From an uncultured Gemmatimonadaceae bacterium (lineage in GTDB: Bacteria > Gemmatimonadota > Gemmatimonadetes > Gemmatimonadales > Gemmatimonadaceae): a DNA stretch of 64,000 nucleotides. Below the pieces are notes generated by a model. It was not told the DNA's origin. It saw only the letters and a program-made list of their open reading frames with translations, and made no database searches. This document shows, in pieces, positions 20,833 through 30,386 of this stretch (the stretch's first letter is position 1; each line of letters opens with the position of its first letter). The stretch lies in assembly GCA_963822945.1 (NCBI GenBank), contig CAWGJO010000021.1, positions 96,001 through 160,000 of the forward strand. The letters run 5' to 3'. Made by a program: the position numbers and the translations under genes.

Positions 20833-22106
20833 CCGACCCGCGCACGACTCCACCGGGCGATTCGGTGGAGCCGGGGTCTGCGGCTCCCCGGCGGCGTTCC
20901 GGACGTGCATGGCGAAGGCTGCCGCCGGCATACTCGCCCCTGCCGGCACGTGCAATTGCCGGAGCCACTGGCAATCTGATCCGCCGCCACGATTCGCGTC
21001 CGGCGCTGCGTGAGTATCTGAAGAGCGCGTACGAGGCGGAGAGCGTCGCGCTGCTGGACAGTGGAACGCACGCGTTGGAACTCGCCCTCCGCGTCGCCTC
21101 GCAGCTGACGGCAAACGGCACGGGAATCGCGCTGCCCGCGTATGCGTGCTTCGACCTCGCCACGGCCGCCGTTGCCGCCGGAGGGCCTCTGACGCTCTAC
21201 GACGTGCTGCCGGAGACGCTGGCGCCGCAGTCCGAGTCATTCGCCGACGCCATGGCGGCCGGCGCCGGCATCGTCGTGATCGCGCCGCTCTACGGGATGG
21301 CCGTGCCGTGGGACGAACTGCATGCCGCGGCGGCGCACACAGGCGCCGTGCTCGTGGAAGATGCCGCGCAGGGTCACGGAAGCTCGTGGGGCGGCCAGAT
21401 GGCCGGGCGGCAGGCGGGATTGAGCGTGCTGAGCTTTGGGCGAGGCAAGGGCTGGACCGGGGGGAACGGTGGTGCGCTGCTGGCCCGCGGAAAGGCGGCC
21501 GCCCTCCTCGAGGAGATGATGGCCGCCGCCGGCATGCACGCGGAACCCTCGGTCTCGACACTGGGGCGCGCCACCGCGATGAGTGCCTTCGTGCATCCGT
21601 CCACATTTTCGCTCGCGGCGGCCCTGCCCTGGCTCCACCTGGGAGAGACGCGGTATCACACGCCTACCCCATCGCGCCAACTCTCGGCCGCCGCGGCGAG
21701 CCTGCTCATGGCCTCGGCCCCACGTGCTGCTCAGGAAGCCGAGCGCCGCCGGGAAACAGCCGCGTGGTATCTCGCCCAACTCAGTGATCTCCCGCTCGTA
21801 TCGCCGGTGCCACCCGTACCGGGAGCCGAGGGCGGGTACCTGCGGTTCCCCATCCGGGTGCCGCGCGGGTTGAGCGGTTTCGCCGATCCGGAGCGGGCGC
21901 GCGCGCTCGGCGTCGCGCCCGGCTATCCGATCCCCCTCGGGGAATTGCTGCCCGTGCGCGCGCGTCTGATGCCGGAGGCGCACACCCAGCGCTGGCCCGG
22001 AGCCGAGCAACTGTGCCGGGAGCTGGCCACGCTGCCGACCCATTCCATGGCCCGATTGAGTGAGCGTCGGAAGATCGTGAGCCTGCTAGAGAGCTACGCC
22101 GGCTGA
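20829..22106 (+). CDS. DegT/DnrJ/EryC1/StrS-family PLP-dependent aminotransferase-like protein
   Basis: SGTHAL, LPAYAC, VEDAAQ, SFGRGK (PLP Lys), TLPTH. Confidence 0.8.
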   Translation: MTDPRTTPPGDSVEPGSAAPRRRSGRAWRRLPPAYSPLPARAIAGATGNLIRRHDSRPALREYLKSAYEAESVALLDSGTHALELALRVASQLTANGTGIALPAYACFDLATAAVAAGGPLTLYDVLPETLAPQSESFADAMAAGAGIVVIAPLYGMAVPWDELHAAAAHTGAVLVEDAAQGHGSSWGGQMAGRQAGLSVLSFGRGKGWTGGNGGALLARGKAAALLEEMMAAAGMHAEPSVSTLGRATAMSAFVHPSTFSLAAALPWLHLGETRYHTPTPSRQLSAAAASLLMASAPRAAQEAERRRETAAWYLAQLSDLPLVSPVPPVPGAEGGYLRFPIRVPRGLSGFADPERARALGVAPGYPIPLGELLPVRARLMPEAHTQRWPGAEQLCRELATLPTHSMARLSERRKIVSLLESYAG

Positions 22107-23236
22107 TCCACGCCGAGCCGTCGGGCGAAGAGTGCTGCGTATCGTTCGACGGACTGTGAGAGATCGTATTCCGCGCCGGCGCGCCGGAGTGCGGCGGCAC
22201 CGAGGCGTTCCGCTACGGCCCGGTCTGAGAGCACGACCCGCAGCGCGCCCGCCAGGCTCGTGGCGTCTTCGGGCGGTACCACCAGGCCGGCGCCCTCGGC
22301 GAGCACGCTCGCGACATCGCCCACGTCGGTTGCGACGATCGGAAGGCCGGTGAACATCGCTTCGAGGACGGCGAGCGGCAGGCCCTCCGAGCGGGACGGG
22401 AGCGCAAACACATCGCCCGACACGAGGATGTTGGCGATGTCGGCGCGGTAGCCCAGCAGATGCAGGCTGGGTGCGACTCCGAGTTCCTCCGCCTGGCGCT
22501 GCAGCGGTTCGCGCATTTCTCCGCGGCCGGCAATCGCCACGTGGACACCCGGAATGGTCTTCGCGACCTGGGCGAGGGCGTTGACGAGCACATCGTGTCC
22601 CTTCACGGGATAGAGATTGCCCACCGCTACCACGAGGCGGTCGGTCGGCGCCAACCCCAATTCGGCGCGCAAGGTACCGCTCACCTTCGGTGGACGAGGC
22701 ACGCCATTGGGAATCACTGTGACGCGGCCCCCGCTGAGGTTGAGGTCTTGGCGAAGCTGCGCCGCCACGCTCTCGGAGACTCCGACCAGGCCGGCACTGA
22801 GCCCGATGCCGGCACGCATCGCGAGGCGCCGGTGCCACGCCGAAGCGTAATGCCGGCCCCCGTGCATCGTGATGAAGTGCGGGATGCCGGCAAGCCGGGC
22901 GGCGGCGCTACCGAAGACCCCCATGGTGAACTCGTGGCTGTGCACGACGTCGATCCGGTGACGGCGGAACAACCGGGCGAGGGCCAGGACCACACGTGGC
23001 GACGCCGGTCCACCGAGCGCAACGTGATCGATGACGACGTTCGTGCCCTCGAGTTGTTTCGCGAGCCAGCCCTCGCCCTGGACCGGGAGCACTGCAACGC
23101 TCGGGCAACCGGCGCGTTCGAATGCGCCGGCCAGCGCGGCCACCATGCGTTCGGCGCCGCCGGGGCCGTCCGATTCGATCATGTGGGCGATGCGCTTGCA
23201 GCGGATGCTGTCGAGAGCTGGCGTGTGTGTCTTCAT
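22094..23236 (-). CDS. Glycosyltransferase family 4
   Basis: GGAERMV, VIPNGV, VGNLYPVKGH, SRSEGLPLAVLEAM (EX7E). Confidence 0.92.
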   Translation of the reverse strand: MKTHTPALDSIRCKRIAHMIESDGPGGAERMVAALAGAFERAGCPSVAVLPVQGEGWLAKQLEGTNVVIDHVALGGPASPRVVLALARLFRRHRIDVVHSHEFTMGVFGSAAARLAGIPHFITMHGGRHYASAWHRRLAMRAGIGLSAGLVGVSESVAAQLRQDLNLSGGRVTVIPNGVPRPPKVSGTLRAELGLAPTDRLVVAVGNLYPVKGHDVLVNALAQVAKTIPGVHVAIAGRGEMREPLQRQAEELGVAPSLHLLGYRADIANILVSGDVFALPSRSEGLPLAVLEAMFTGLPIVATDVGDVASVLAEGAGLVVPPEDATSLAGALRVVLSDRAVAERLGAAALRRAGAEYDLSQSVERYAALFARRLGVDQPA

Positions 23237-23252
23237 CACGCATGCGGGGGCG

Positions 23253-23268
23253 AGCAATGTTCGTACCG
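23253..23268 (-). promoter_or_regulatory. Putative sigma54 promoter for the GT4 gene
   Basis: Minus strand CGGTACGAACATTGCT: GG-N10-GC with TTGC; GTG/ATG starts 15-18 nt downstream. Confidence 0.6.
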
Positions 23269-23561
23269 CGCTGGCGATTGGTCGACGGGAATGAGTCCTG
23301 GCGAAACCGAGGAACAGATCAGTTTATGCACAGCTCGCATCATATGTTTAGTATTGGAGCCAATTAATCCACGCAGCGGAGAGTTAACGTCAAATTCTGG
23401 CTGTTACCTCGATGTTACCCCGAGGCAATGTCGGTCGTTAGTACTGCGAGGTCACTCACGAGTAACGCGGGTGACTCGTTGGAACACACCGGTAGCCCCG
23501 GAGTAACAGGGGGCACCGATGAAGCGGTAGGATACGCTGCTCAGAGCAAAGCCATCGAAAG

Positions 23562-26108
23562 GTGGTGACGCAGAGTTCCGGGGCTGTAGCGAGTGAAGAC
23601 TCGCGATGCCGGCCGAGCCGCCAGCGATTCCGACGAGAGCCCGTCGGCGCTGGCGGCTCATTCTACACCCTACAAGGTGTGGAACAGAATTACGGCAGTC
23701 GCTTTAGTACGCCCCCGGCCCCCGGGGGGAACTCCACTCAATGCGCTCCCCGTCTCGTTCGCGCCCTCGCGCGCGTTCGACAGTATCCCGCAGTCCTGCT
23801 CGCCCTCGCCATCGCCGCCTGCTCCTCCGACAACAGTACGCAACCCAGCCTGGTCTCGGGTACGAATAGTGCAGCGGGCGCGCCTGCCTCCCTTTCCATC
23901 TCGCCGAGTTCAGCCACCGACAGTATCGGGCACTCGACCCAATTCACGGCCACCGTCTACGATCGTCGAGGGATCGCACTCTCCGGGCGAAAGATTCGTT
24001 GGCATTCCAGCGACTCCACCATCGTCAAGATCGACAGCACCGGCAGGGCGCGACGTTGGGGAGTAGGCAGGACGACGATCACCGCGACCACCGACAGCGT
24101 GAGCGCCACCGCCCAGACGACCTCAACGGGCGTCCCGATCGCGTCGATCACGGTATCGCCGAACCCGTCGACCGAGACCGTCGGCCAGACCACGCAATTC
24201 ACGGCCACGCTGCTGGATTCCAGTGGGAATACGCTGACCAATCGACCCGTAGTGTGGCTCAGTACCGCGCCGAGCGTGGAGTCCATCGACAGCGCGGGGA
24301 TGGCCACGGCACGCAGCACCGGCACCGCGACGGTCTCGGCGACCAGCGCCGGTGTCCTGGGCGTGGCCTCCGTGAACGTTTCCGGCACGACGACCAATGC
24401 GCCGGGTGCGGTGGTGGACTTGGCCGCAGTAGCCTCGAGCGCGACTTCCGCCACGCTGTCGTTCACCGCGGTTGGTGATGGCACCGGCGGGAACGCGACC
24501 TACGACGTCCGGTATGCCGTACATCCCATCAGTTGGGGGAGCGCGACCCAGGTGGCTTCGGGTACGTGCAGCACGCCGGTGACCGGATACACGGCCGGCA
24601 GTGCGGTCAACTGCACCGTGACGGGGCTGACCGCGGCCACGAACTACGATTTCCAGCTCGTGGCGTACCGCGGCACGCTCAGCAACAATGCCGTCTTCGG
24701 ACCGCTCTCCAATGTGGCGACCGCCACGACCCCGAGCGCGCCGGCGGCCAGCGTGGCGAAAGTTGTCGTTTCGCCGAGCACCGCGAGCGACACGGTTGGC
24801 CAGCACTATCAGTTCACGGCCACCGTGCAGGACTCTGCCGGCAACGTGCTGACGGGGCGGACGATCACGTGGGCAAGTTCCGCCACGGGCGTGGCCACCG
24901 TCAACAGTTCGGGCTACACCACCAGCGTTGGCGCCGGGTCGGCGTCAATTCGAGCGACGACTGGCGGCGTCACGGGCAGCGCAAAGCTGTCGGTGGTCGC
25001 GGCGCCGGTCCAGCAGACCGTCTCCTCGGTCAGCGTCGCGCCGACCCCGGACACGTTGGCGCCCGCAGCCACCAAGCAGTTGGCGGCAACGGTCAGGGAT
25101 CAGAACGGCGTCGTCATGACCGGCCAGTCCGTGAGTTGGTCGTCCAATGCGACGGGCGTGGCGACGGTCAACGCCTCCGGGTTGGTGACCGCGGTCGCCA
25201 CCGGCACGGCCACGATCAGGGCCACGAGCAGCGGAAAGAGCGGCACGGCGACGGTTGTCGTCACAAGCGGAACGTCCAACAATCCTCCGCCGCCGCCGCC
25301 GACGGGGACGAGTGAACCGTCCTACAACTCGACAACGGGAACATTGGTGTTCTCCGACAACATGGAGGAGTACACCAGCGTCTCCGCCATGCAGTCCTAT
25401 ACCGGCTCCGCAATGAGCTGGAAGAATGAGTTCGTCGCCTCGGATCGCAACAACCAGATCGTGTCCCCGGGCTACGGCGGGACCGGACAGGCGCTGCGCC
25501 AGGTTTACGCCGGCGCCAACCAAGAAAGTCATACATGGGACCTGATCAACGCCCCGACGCTGCCGGATACCGCGACCGAATTCTTCCAGTACGAAGGGCG
25601 GGTCACGTTGGCCGCGCCGATCACGAACACCGTGCTCGCGTTCAAGTGGTTCATGGGTTTTCACCGCAACGGCAACCGCGTCCAGTGGAATACGCATGAC
25701 CACCTCCCCTGCGGCGTCGACAGCCCGAAGGGCTATTCCCTGTGGCAGGTGTACGACGACGGCGGAGAGACGACGTGCCAGGCCAATCAGCCCGTCGGAC
25801 CCTACCCTGTCGACGTGTTCGACGGGCGATGGCACCGATTCACCTACGAGTATCGTCCGAACACGTCGCCTGGATCGCGCGATGGCATCGCCCGCATGTG
25901 GATTGACGGCACGAAAGTCATCGACGTCTCGGCCTCGGCCGTTGGCGTGACACCAGCAGGCGGCTACAAACCCTGGTGCCAGTGGGACGACGTGGATGGG
26001 CTCTCCACTCAGGCGATTGACCTCATTCGCTGGGCCGGGAATTTGACCACCACCACACCAGGCTTCACGGTGGATATGGACGATTTCATGTGGTGGCGGG
26101 CGAAGTAG
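23562..26108 (+). CDS. Surface lipoprotein with four Big_2 Ig-like domains, an FN3-like domain, Pro linker and C-terminal jelly-roll/lyase-like domain
   Basis: Lipobox LAIAA-C; repeats of type VSP...QFTATV.D..G..L.GR.I.W.SS...VA.V...G; YDFQLVAY. True start is probably ATG 23741 (after GGGGA) with an early frameshift. Confidence 0.8.
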   Translation: MVTQSSGAVASEDSRCRPSRQRFRREPVGAGGSFYTLQGVEQNYGSRFSTPPAPGGNSTQCAPRLVRALARVRQYPAVLLALAIAACSSDNSTQPSLVSGTNSAAGAPASLSISPSSATDSIGHSTQFTATVYDRRGIALSGRKIRWHSSDSTIVKIDSTGRARRWGVGRTTITATTDSVSATAQTTSTGVPIASITVSPNPSTETVGQTTQFTATLLDSSGNTLTNRPVVWLSTAPSVESIDSAGMATARSTGTATVSATSAGVLGVASVNVSGTTTNAPGAVVDLAAVASSATSATLSFTAVGDGTGGNATYDVRYAVHPISWGSATQVASGTCSTPVTGYTAGSAVNCTVTGLTAATNYDFQLVAYRGTLSNNAVFGPLSNVATATTPSAPAASVAKVVVSPSTASDTVGQHYQFTATVQDSAGNVLTGRTITWASSATGVATVNSSGYTTSVGAGSASIRATTGGVTGSAKLSVVAAPVQQTVSSVSVAPTPDTLAPAATKQLAATVRDQNGVVMTGQSVSWSSNATGVATVNASGLVTAVATGTATIRATSSGKSGTATVVVTSGTSNNPPPPPPTGTSEPSYNSTTGTLVFSDNMEEYTSVSAMQSYTGSAMSWKNEFVASDRNNQIVSPGYGGTGQALRQVYAGANQESHTWDLINAPTLPDTATEFFQYEGRVTLAAPITNTVLAFKWFMGFHRNGNRVQWNTHDHLPCGVDSPKGYSLWQVYDDGGETTCQANQPVGPYPVDVFDGRWHRFTYEYRPNTSPGSRDGIARMWIDGTKVIDVSASAVGVTPAGGYKPWCQWDDVDGLSTQAIDLIRWAGNLTTTTPGFTVDMDDFMWWRAK

Positions 26109-26120
26109 GCCACCGCTCAC

Positions 26121-26168
26121 GCAGCGGCGCCGGAGGATCCTTCGGGGTCCCCCGGCGCCGTTGCTTTC
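26121..26168 (+). terminator. Probable intrinsic terminator hairpin
   Basis: GCAGCGGCGCCGG-AGGATCC TTCG GGGTCC-CCCGGCGCCGTTGC followed by TTTC, just after the stop. Confidence 0.65.
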
Positions 26169-26182
26169 TGGCCCTGTGCCCG

Positions 26183-26243
26183 GTGCGCCTCGTGCGCCTC
26201 GTGCGCCTCGTGCGCCTCGTGCGCCTCGTGCGCCTCGTGCGCC
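26183..26243. repeat. Tandem 9-mer (GTGCGCCTC)x6 plus partial copy
   Basis: Read directly; intergenic between the two paralogous lipoprotein genes. Confidence 0.95.
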
Positions 26244-26318
26244 CGAGAACCACGGTCGCTATTCCGTTTCCCGCAATGGCATACCAAGTTGGTCAGAATG
26301 AGGGCCGGAATGGACCAT

Positions 26319-27233
26319 ATGGGGAATATTCGGCGCTGGCGATTGCTCCGAGGATTGGCGCTCGTTGGCATCATGGCTTGCGGCAGCAGCATGACGCCCG
26401 GGGGCACGCCCCGAAAGCTGGGGCCTCCCCCAAGTTCGGAGCCGACGTTCGATGCCACCAAGGATACGATGGTGTTCTCCGACGACATGGACGAGTACAC
26501 CAGCGTCGCGAACATGCAGGCTTACACCGGTCCCGCGATGAGTTGGAAGAACATCTTCGTGGCCACTTTGAACAACACACAACGGCTCATCAAACCAGGT
26601 CACGGAGGCACCGGGCAGGCCCTCCGGGAGGTATACTCGGGCGCCGATCAGGAGACGCATACGTGGGATCTCATCAACATGCCCACGCTCCCCGATACGA
26701 CGACCCACTTCTTCCAGTATTGGGCGCGCGTCACCGTGGCGTCGCCCTTGGGAAGAACCGTCCTGGCCTTCAAGTGGTTCATGGCGTTTCACCGCGACGG
26801 AAACCGCGTCCAGTGGAACACCCACGATCACTTACCGTGCGCCGCGATCGCGCCGTCTTCTTTCGTCTGGCAGGTCTACGACGCAGGCGGTGGCACCACA
26901 TGCCAGGCCAACCAGCCGGTCGGGCCCTATCCGGCGGCGGTGTTCGACGGCCAGTGGCACCGCTTCACATACGAGTACAGGCCGAACACAGCCCCGGGCT
27001 CGCGGGACGGCATCGCCCGCATGTGGGTGGACGGCACGAAGCTTATCGATGTATCGGCTGCCGCCGTCGGCATCACGCCGGCGGGGGGTTACAAGTCGTG
27101 GTGCCAGTGGGACGATGTCGATGGGCTCTCGACCGAGGGGATCGATCTCATCCGTTGGGCGGGGAACCTGACAACCGTTACCCCGCCCTTCACAGTCGAC
27201 ATGGATGACTTCCGCTGGTGGCGGGCGAAGTAG
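26319..27233 (+). CDS. Lipoprotein consisting of a single jelly-roll/lyase-like domain (paralog of the upstream C-terminal domain)
   Basis: Lipobox VGIMA-C; domain shares VLAFKWFM, RVQWNTHDHLPC, FDGxWHRFTYEYRPNT.PGSRDGIARMW.DG, VDMDDF.WWRAK with 25311..26108. Confidence 0.8.
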   Translation: MGNIRRWRLLRGLALVGIMACGSSMTPGGTPRKLGPPPSSEPTFDATKDTMVFSDDMDEYTSVANMQAYTGPAMSWKNIFVATLNNTQRLIKPGHGGTGQALREVYSGADQETHTWDLINMPTLPDTTTHFFQYWARVTVASPLGRTVLAFKWFMAFHRDGNRVQWNTHDHLPCAAIAPSSFVWQVYDAGGGTTCQANQPVGPYPAAVFDGQWHRFTYEYRPNTAPGSRDGIARMWVDGTKLIDVSAAAVGITPAGGYKSWCQWDDVDGLSTEGIDLIRWAGNLTTVTPPFTVDMDDFRWWRAK

Positions 27234-27261
27234 CGGTCACACGGTCTCCGGCCGCGCGAGG

Positions 27262-29178
27262 CTAGCAACTCGCGCCCCAGCGTCGGCGCCACGCTTCGAA
27301 CATCAGCACGCTCCACAAGAGGTGCCCGCCGTTCGTCCGCCCCTTGGAATGCTCGCTCCAAGTTCGCCGCACGGCGGCTGCGTCGAAGAACCCAGCGCCT
27401 CGAAGCGGCCCCTCGGCAAGCAGGTCGTTGGCCCAATCCCGAAGCGCTCCCCGCAGCCACACTCCAATCGGCACTTCGAACCCCATCTTCGGCCGTTCGA
27501 AAAGTGACACGGGCAGATAGCGGGAGAGGACGCGTCGAAGCAGGATCTTGCCCTCGCGAGGTCCGGTCCGCCAAGCGAGCGGCAGCGTCCACGCAAACTC
27601 CGCGACGCGGTGATCGAGCAGCGGAACGCGCCCCTCGAGTCCCACTGCCATCGATGCCCGATCGAACTTGGTGAGGAGGTCGTCCGGCAGGTAGACGGCG
27701 GCGTCCGCAATCATCATACGCTCCATCGGAGCCGACCGGCATGCGTTGCCCAGAAGCCGGAACAGCCGACCGTCACTCTCCGCGCGAAAGCGTTCGTCGA
27801 CGAGCACGTCGGCGTTGCTCGCCGTCGACACCAACCCGCGGTAGAGCGCCTCCAGGCTCGGCGCGCTCAGCAAGTCCGCCGCCTTTGAAAGCTGCCCCGC
27901 TCGTGTCCCCGACACCTGGGCAGCCACTCGGGCCACATGCCGAAGCATGGTCCCACCACCTCGCCGTAGCGGGACCGGGATCGGCTGCAACCTTCGCCAG
28001 GCCCGCCCGCTGAACCGGTACCGGTCGTACCCGCCGAACAACTCGTCGCCACCGTCGCCGGAAAGCGCGACCGTCACGTGCTTGCGCGCCAACGCGGCGA
28101 CGATGTGGGTCGGAATCTGCGACACGTCAGCCAGCGGCTCATCATACATCTCAGGCAGTGCCGGAATGAGCGCCTGTGCCTCGCCTGCCGTCACCATCAT
28201 CTCGGTGTGCGCCGTCCCCAGAAATTCCGCGATGGCCCGCGCGTACCGACTCTCGTCGTACCGCTGCTCGGCGAAGCCGATGGTGAACGTCTTCACCGGA
28301 CGGTCGGCTTCGGCCTGCATCAGAGCCACCACCAGAGAGGAATCGATCCCGCCCGACAGGAATCCCCCGAGCGGTACATCGGCAATCATCCGGAGGCGCA
28401 CGGCGTCACGGAGCAGGCCATCCAGCGCTTCCTCCGCCTCTGGCTGACTCCCGCCGAACGGGCGTTCAGCGCCGGCGCCGGCGATAGCCTCGACTGTCCA
28501 GTAGGGCTCGGGCGCCCAGGACGCGTCGGCGGCTTCAAGCCTCAGCAGGTGCCCCGGCGCGAGTTTCATCGCATCGGCGAAGATGCAGGCCGGAGACGGC
28601 ACGTACGTGTAGCGCAAATAGTCGCCGAATGCGGCCGGCGCCACCCGACGACTGAATCGCGGATGTGCCATCAGCGCCTTGAGCTCCGACCCGAACAGCA
28701 GATCGCCGTCCGCGGTGCGCCCAACATACAGCGGTTTGATGCCCACACGATCACGTGCAAGGTACAGGGCCCGCTCCTGCGTGTCCCAGAGTGCAAACGC
28801 GAACATGCCGATGAAACGTTGGACGGCTCCTCGAACACCCCACTGCATGAACGCGGCCAGCATCACCTCGGTGTCCGACCCCCCTCGAAATGTGTGGCCG
28901 TGCTCCCGCAGTTCTTCCCGCAACGCGATGAAGTTGTAAACCTCCCCATTGTAACAGATCACGAATCGTCCATCCGGACTCGTCATCGGCTGATGCCCGA
29001 GCGCACTGAGATCGACGATGGACAGGCGGCGATGTCCGAACGCTACCGGCCCGTCGACCCAACTACCGGCGTCGTCGGGGCCACGGTGCGCGATCGCGTC
29101 GCGCATGGTCGTCACGACGCGCTGCATCTCATCGGCACCCGCAGGCTGCCGCGCCCAGATTCCGGCAATGCCACACAC
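27262..29178 (-). CDS. asnB: Asparagine synthase (glutamine-hydrolysing) family amidotransferase, copy 1
   Basis: N-terminal (M)CGIAG, HRGPD, GHRRLSIVD, NGEVYN, FLSGGIDSS, LSGDGGDELFGGY, RVPLLD, KMGFEVP. Confidence 0.93.
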   Translation of the reverse strand: MCGIAGIWARQPAGADEMQRVVTTMRDAIAHRGPDDAGSWVDGPVAFGHRRLSIVDLSALGHQPMTSPDGRFVICYNGEVYNFIALREELREHGHTFRGGSDTEVMLAAFMQWGVRGAVQRFIGMFAFALWDTQERALYLARDRVGIKPLYVGRTADGDLLFGSELKALMAHPRFSRRVAPAAFGDYLRYTYVPSPACIFADAMKLAPGHLLRLEAADASWAPEPYWTVEAIAGAGAERPFGGSQPEAEEALDGLLRDAVRLRMIADVPLGGFLSGGIDSSLVVALMQAEADRPVKTFTIGFAEQRYDESRYARAIAEFLGTAHTEMMVTAGEAQALIPALPEMYDEPLADVSQIPTHIVAALARKHVTVALSGDGGDELFGGYDRYRFSGRAWRRLQPIPVPLRRGGGTMLRHVARVAAQVSGTRAGQLSKAADLLSAPSLEALYRGLVSTASNADVLVDERFRAESDGRLFRLLGNACRSAPMERMMIADAAVYLPDDLLTKFDRASMAVGLEGRVPLLDHRVAEFAWTLPLAWRTGPREGKILLRRVLSRYLPVSLFERPKMGFEVPIGVWLRGALRDWANDLLAEGPLRGAGFFDAAAVRRTWSEHSKGRTNGGHLLWSVLMFEAWRRRWGASC

Positions 29179-29180
29179 GG

Positions 29181-30386
29181 CTAGCGGCCCCGCCCGGCGC
29201 GCAGCACCGCCGACAGCAGACGGCCACGATCCTGCGTCCACGAATACTGCTGTTCGACGGCAGATCGTCCCCGGGCCCCGAGTTGACCGCGCCTAACTGG
29301 ATCGTCCACCAAGTCGGCCAGCGCTCCGGCCAACGCTGCCGCGTCGCCCGGGGGGACGAGTACGCCCGCACCGGTTTCCGTGACCACGCGTCGCATCGGA
29401 CGCACGTCCGAAGCCACGATCGGAAGAGCCGCACCCATATAGTCGAAAAGCTTGTTGGCGAGCGTGATGTTGATGTGCTCGGTGTCGAGGAACGGCAGGA
29501 TTCCAATCGACGCATGTCGATAATACGGCGCATGGTCCCGATAGCCTTTCCACCCGAGCAGCCGGATGAAATCGTCCGCATCGAGGGCTGCGATCCGCTC
29601 GGCAATCCGTGGAGACTCTGGACCGTCGCCGATGATCGCAAGGGCGATCGTAGGCACCTTCTGACGCGCGCGAGCAACGGCCTCAACGGCCTCCAGCAGG
29701 CCGCGATCTCCGAGAAGATTTCCCAGGAACAGAACGATCGATCTCCCTTCCCAGCCTGCAAGGTCATCCGGAAATGGATACTCCGTGTTCAGATCCGGGA
29801 GTTCGGCGGGCGTATTGCCGACCACCACAGCCGCCTCGGGCGCCGCCCCAAGCGACAGACAGCGATCACGCGATTCGGCCGACACCGCGAACACCGATGC
29901 CGCCCGCCTGATCACGAGTCCATCCAGCCACTCCGCCAGGGCAGCGTTGCGCGCCATCCGCGAGATGAGGCCGGGATGCTCGGCACGGTTGGCCCGGAGC
30001 GCGATTGGATAGACATCCGCCATCTCGTAGTGCACCGGCAGCCCGAGCAGAGCCCCGACCGCGAGCACGGCAGGGGCGAGCGGAAGATCGCGGACGATCA
30101 GGCAGTCGGCCCGGAACCGACGTGTCGCACGCCAGATTCGCCACACCCAGAGGGGATTGGCAAAGACCGGAAAGTTGACATACCGATTGATGGCGCGCGG
30201 TCCGAGCATGGGGACGCGTTCGACGTCCATCCAATCGACGGATTCGCGAAGGGCCTTGCCGTTCGGATTCCCGGCCAGTAAGCGCACCGTGTGCCCGGCC
30301 TCGGCAAGCGCCTGCGTCTGCTTTCTGACGCGCGTCGCGTTTCGCGGCCAGTCTCCCTGGTAGACGTACAGCACACGAAGGCTCAC
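29181..30386 (-). CDS. Glycosyltransferase family 4
   Basis: GTGA overlap with upstream gene; FLGNLLGDRGL, NKLFDYMGAALPIVASD. Confidence 0.88.
   Translation of the reverse strand: MSLRVLYVYQGDWPRNATRVRKQTQALAEAGHTVRLLAGNPNGKALRESVDWMDVERVPMLGPRAINRYVNFPVFANPLWVWRIWRATRRFRADCLIVRDLPLAPAVLAVGALLGLPVHYEMADVYPIALRANRAEHPGLISRMARNAALAEWLDGLVIRRAASVFAVSAESRDRCLSLGAAPEAAVVVGNTPAELPDLNTEYPFPDDLAGWEGRSIVLFLGNLLGDRGLLEAVEAVARARQKVPTIALAIIGDGPESPRIAERIAALDADDFIRLLGWKGYRDHAPYYRHASIGILPFLDTEHINITLANKLFDYMGAALPIVASDVRPMRRVVTETGAGVLVPPGDAAALAGALADLVDDPVRRGQLGARGRSAVEQQYSWTQDRGRLLSAVLRAGRGR

Noticed and set aside
23511..23526. Additional sigma54-like site GGGCACCGATGAAGCG
   Set aside because: Lacks the TT before GC; a bare GG-N10-GC is common at this GC content
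26117..26515. ORFs with HEA or VRL repeats across the 9-mer tract
   Set aside because: Translation artefacts of the intergenic (GTGCGCCTC)n repeat; they overlap a terminator-like hairpin and the next gene
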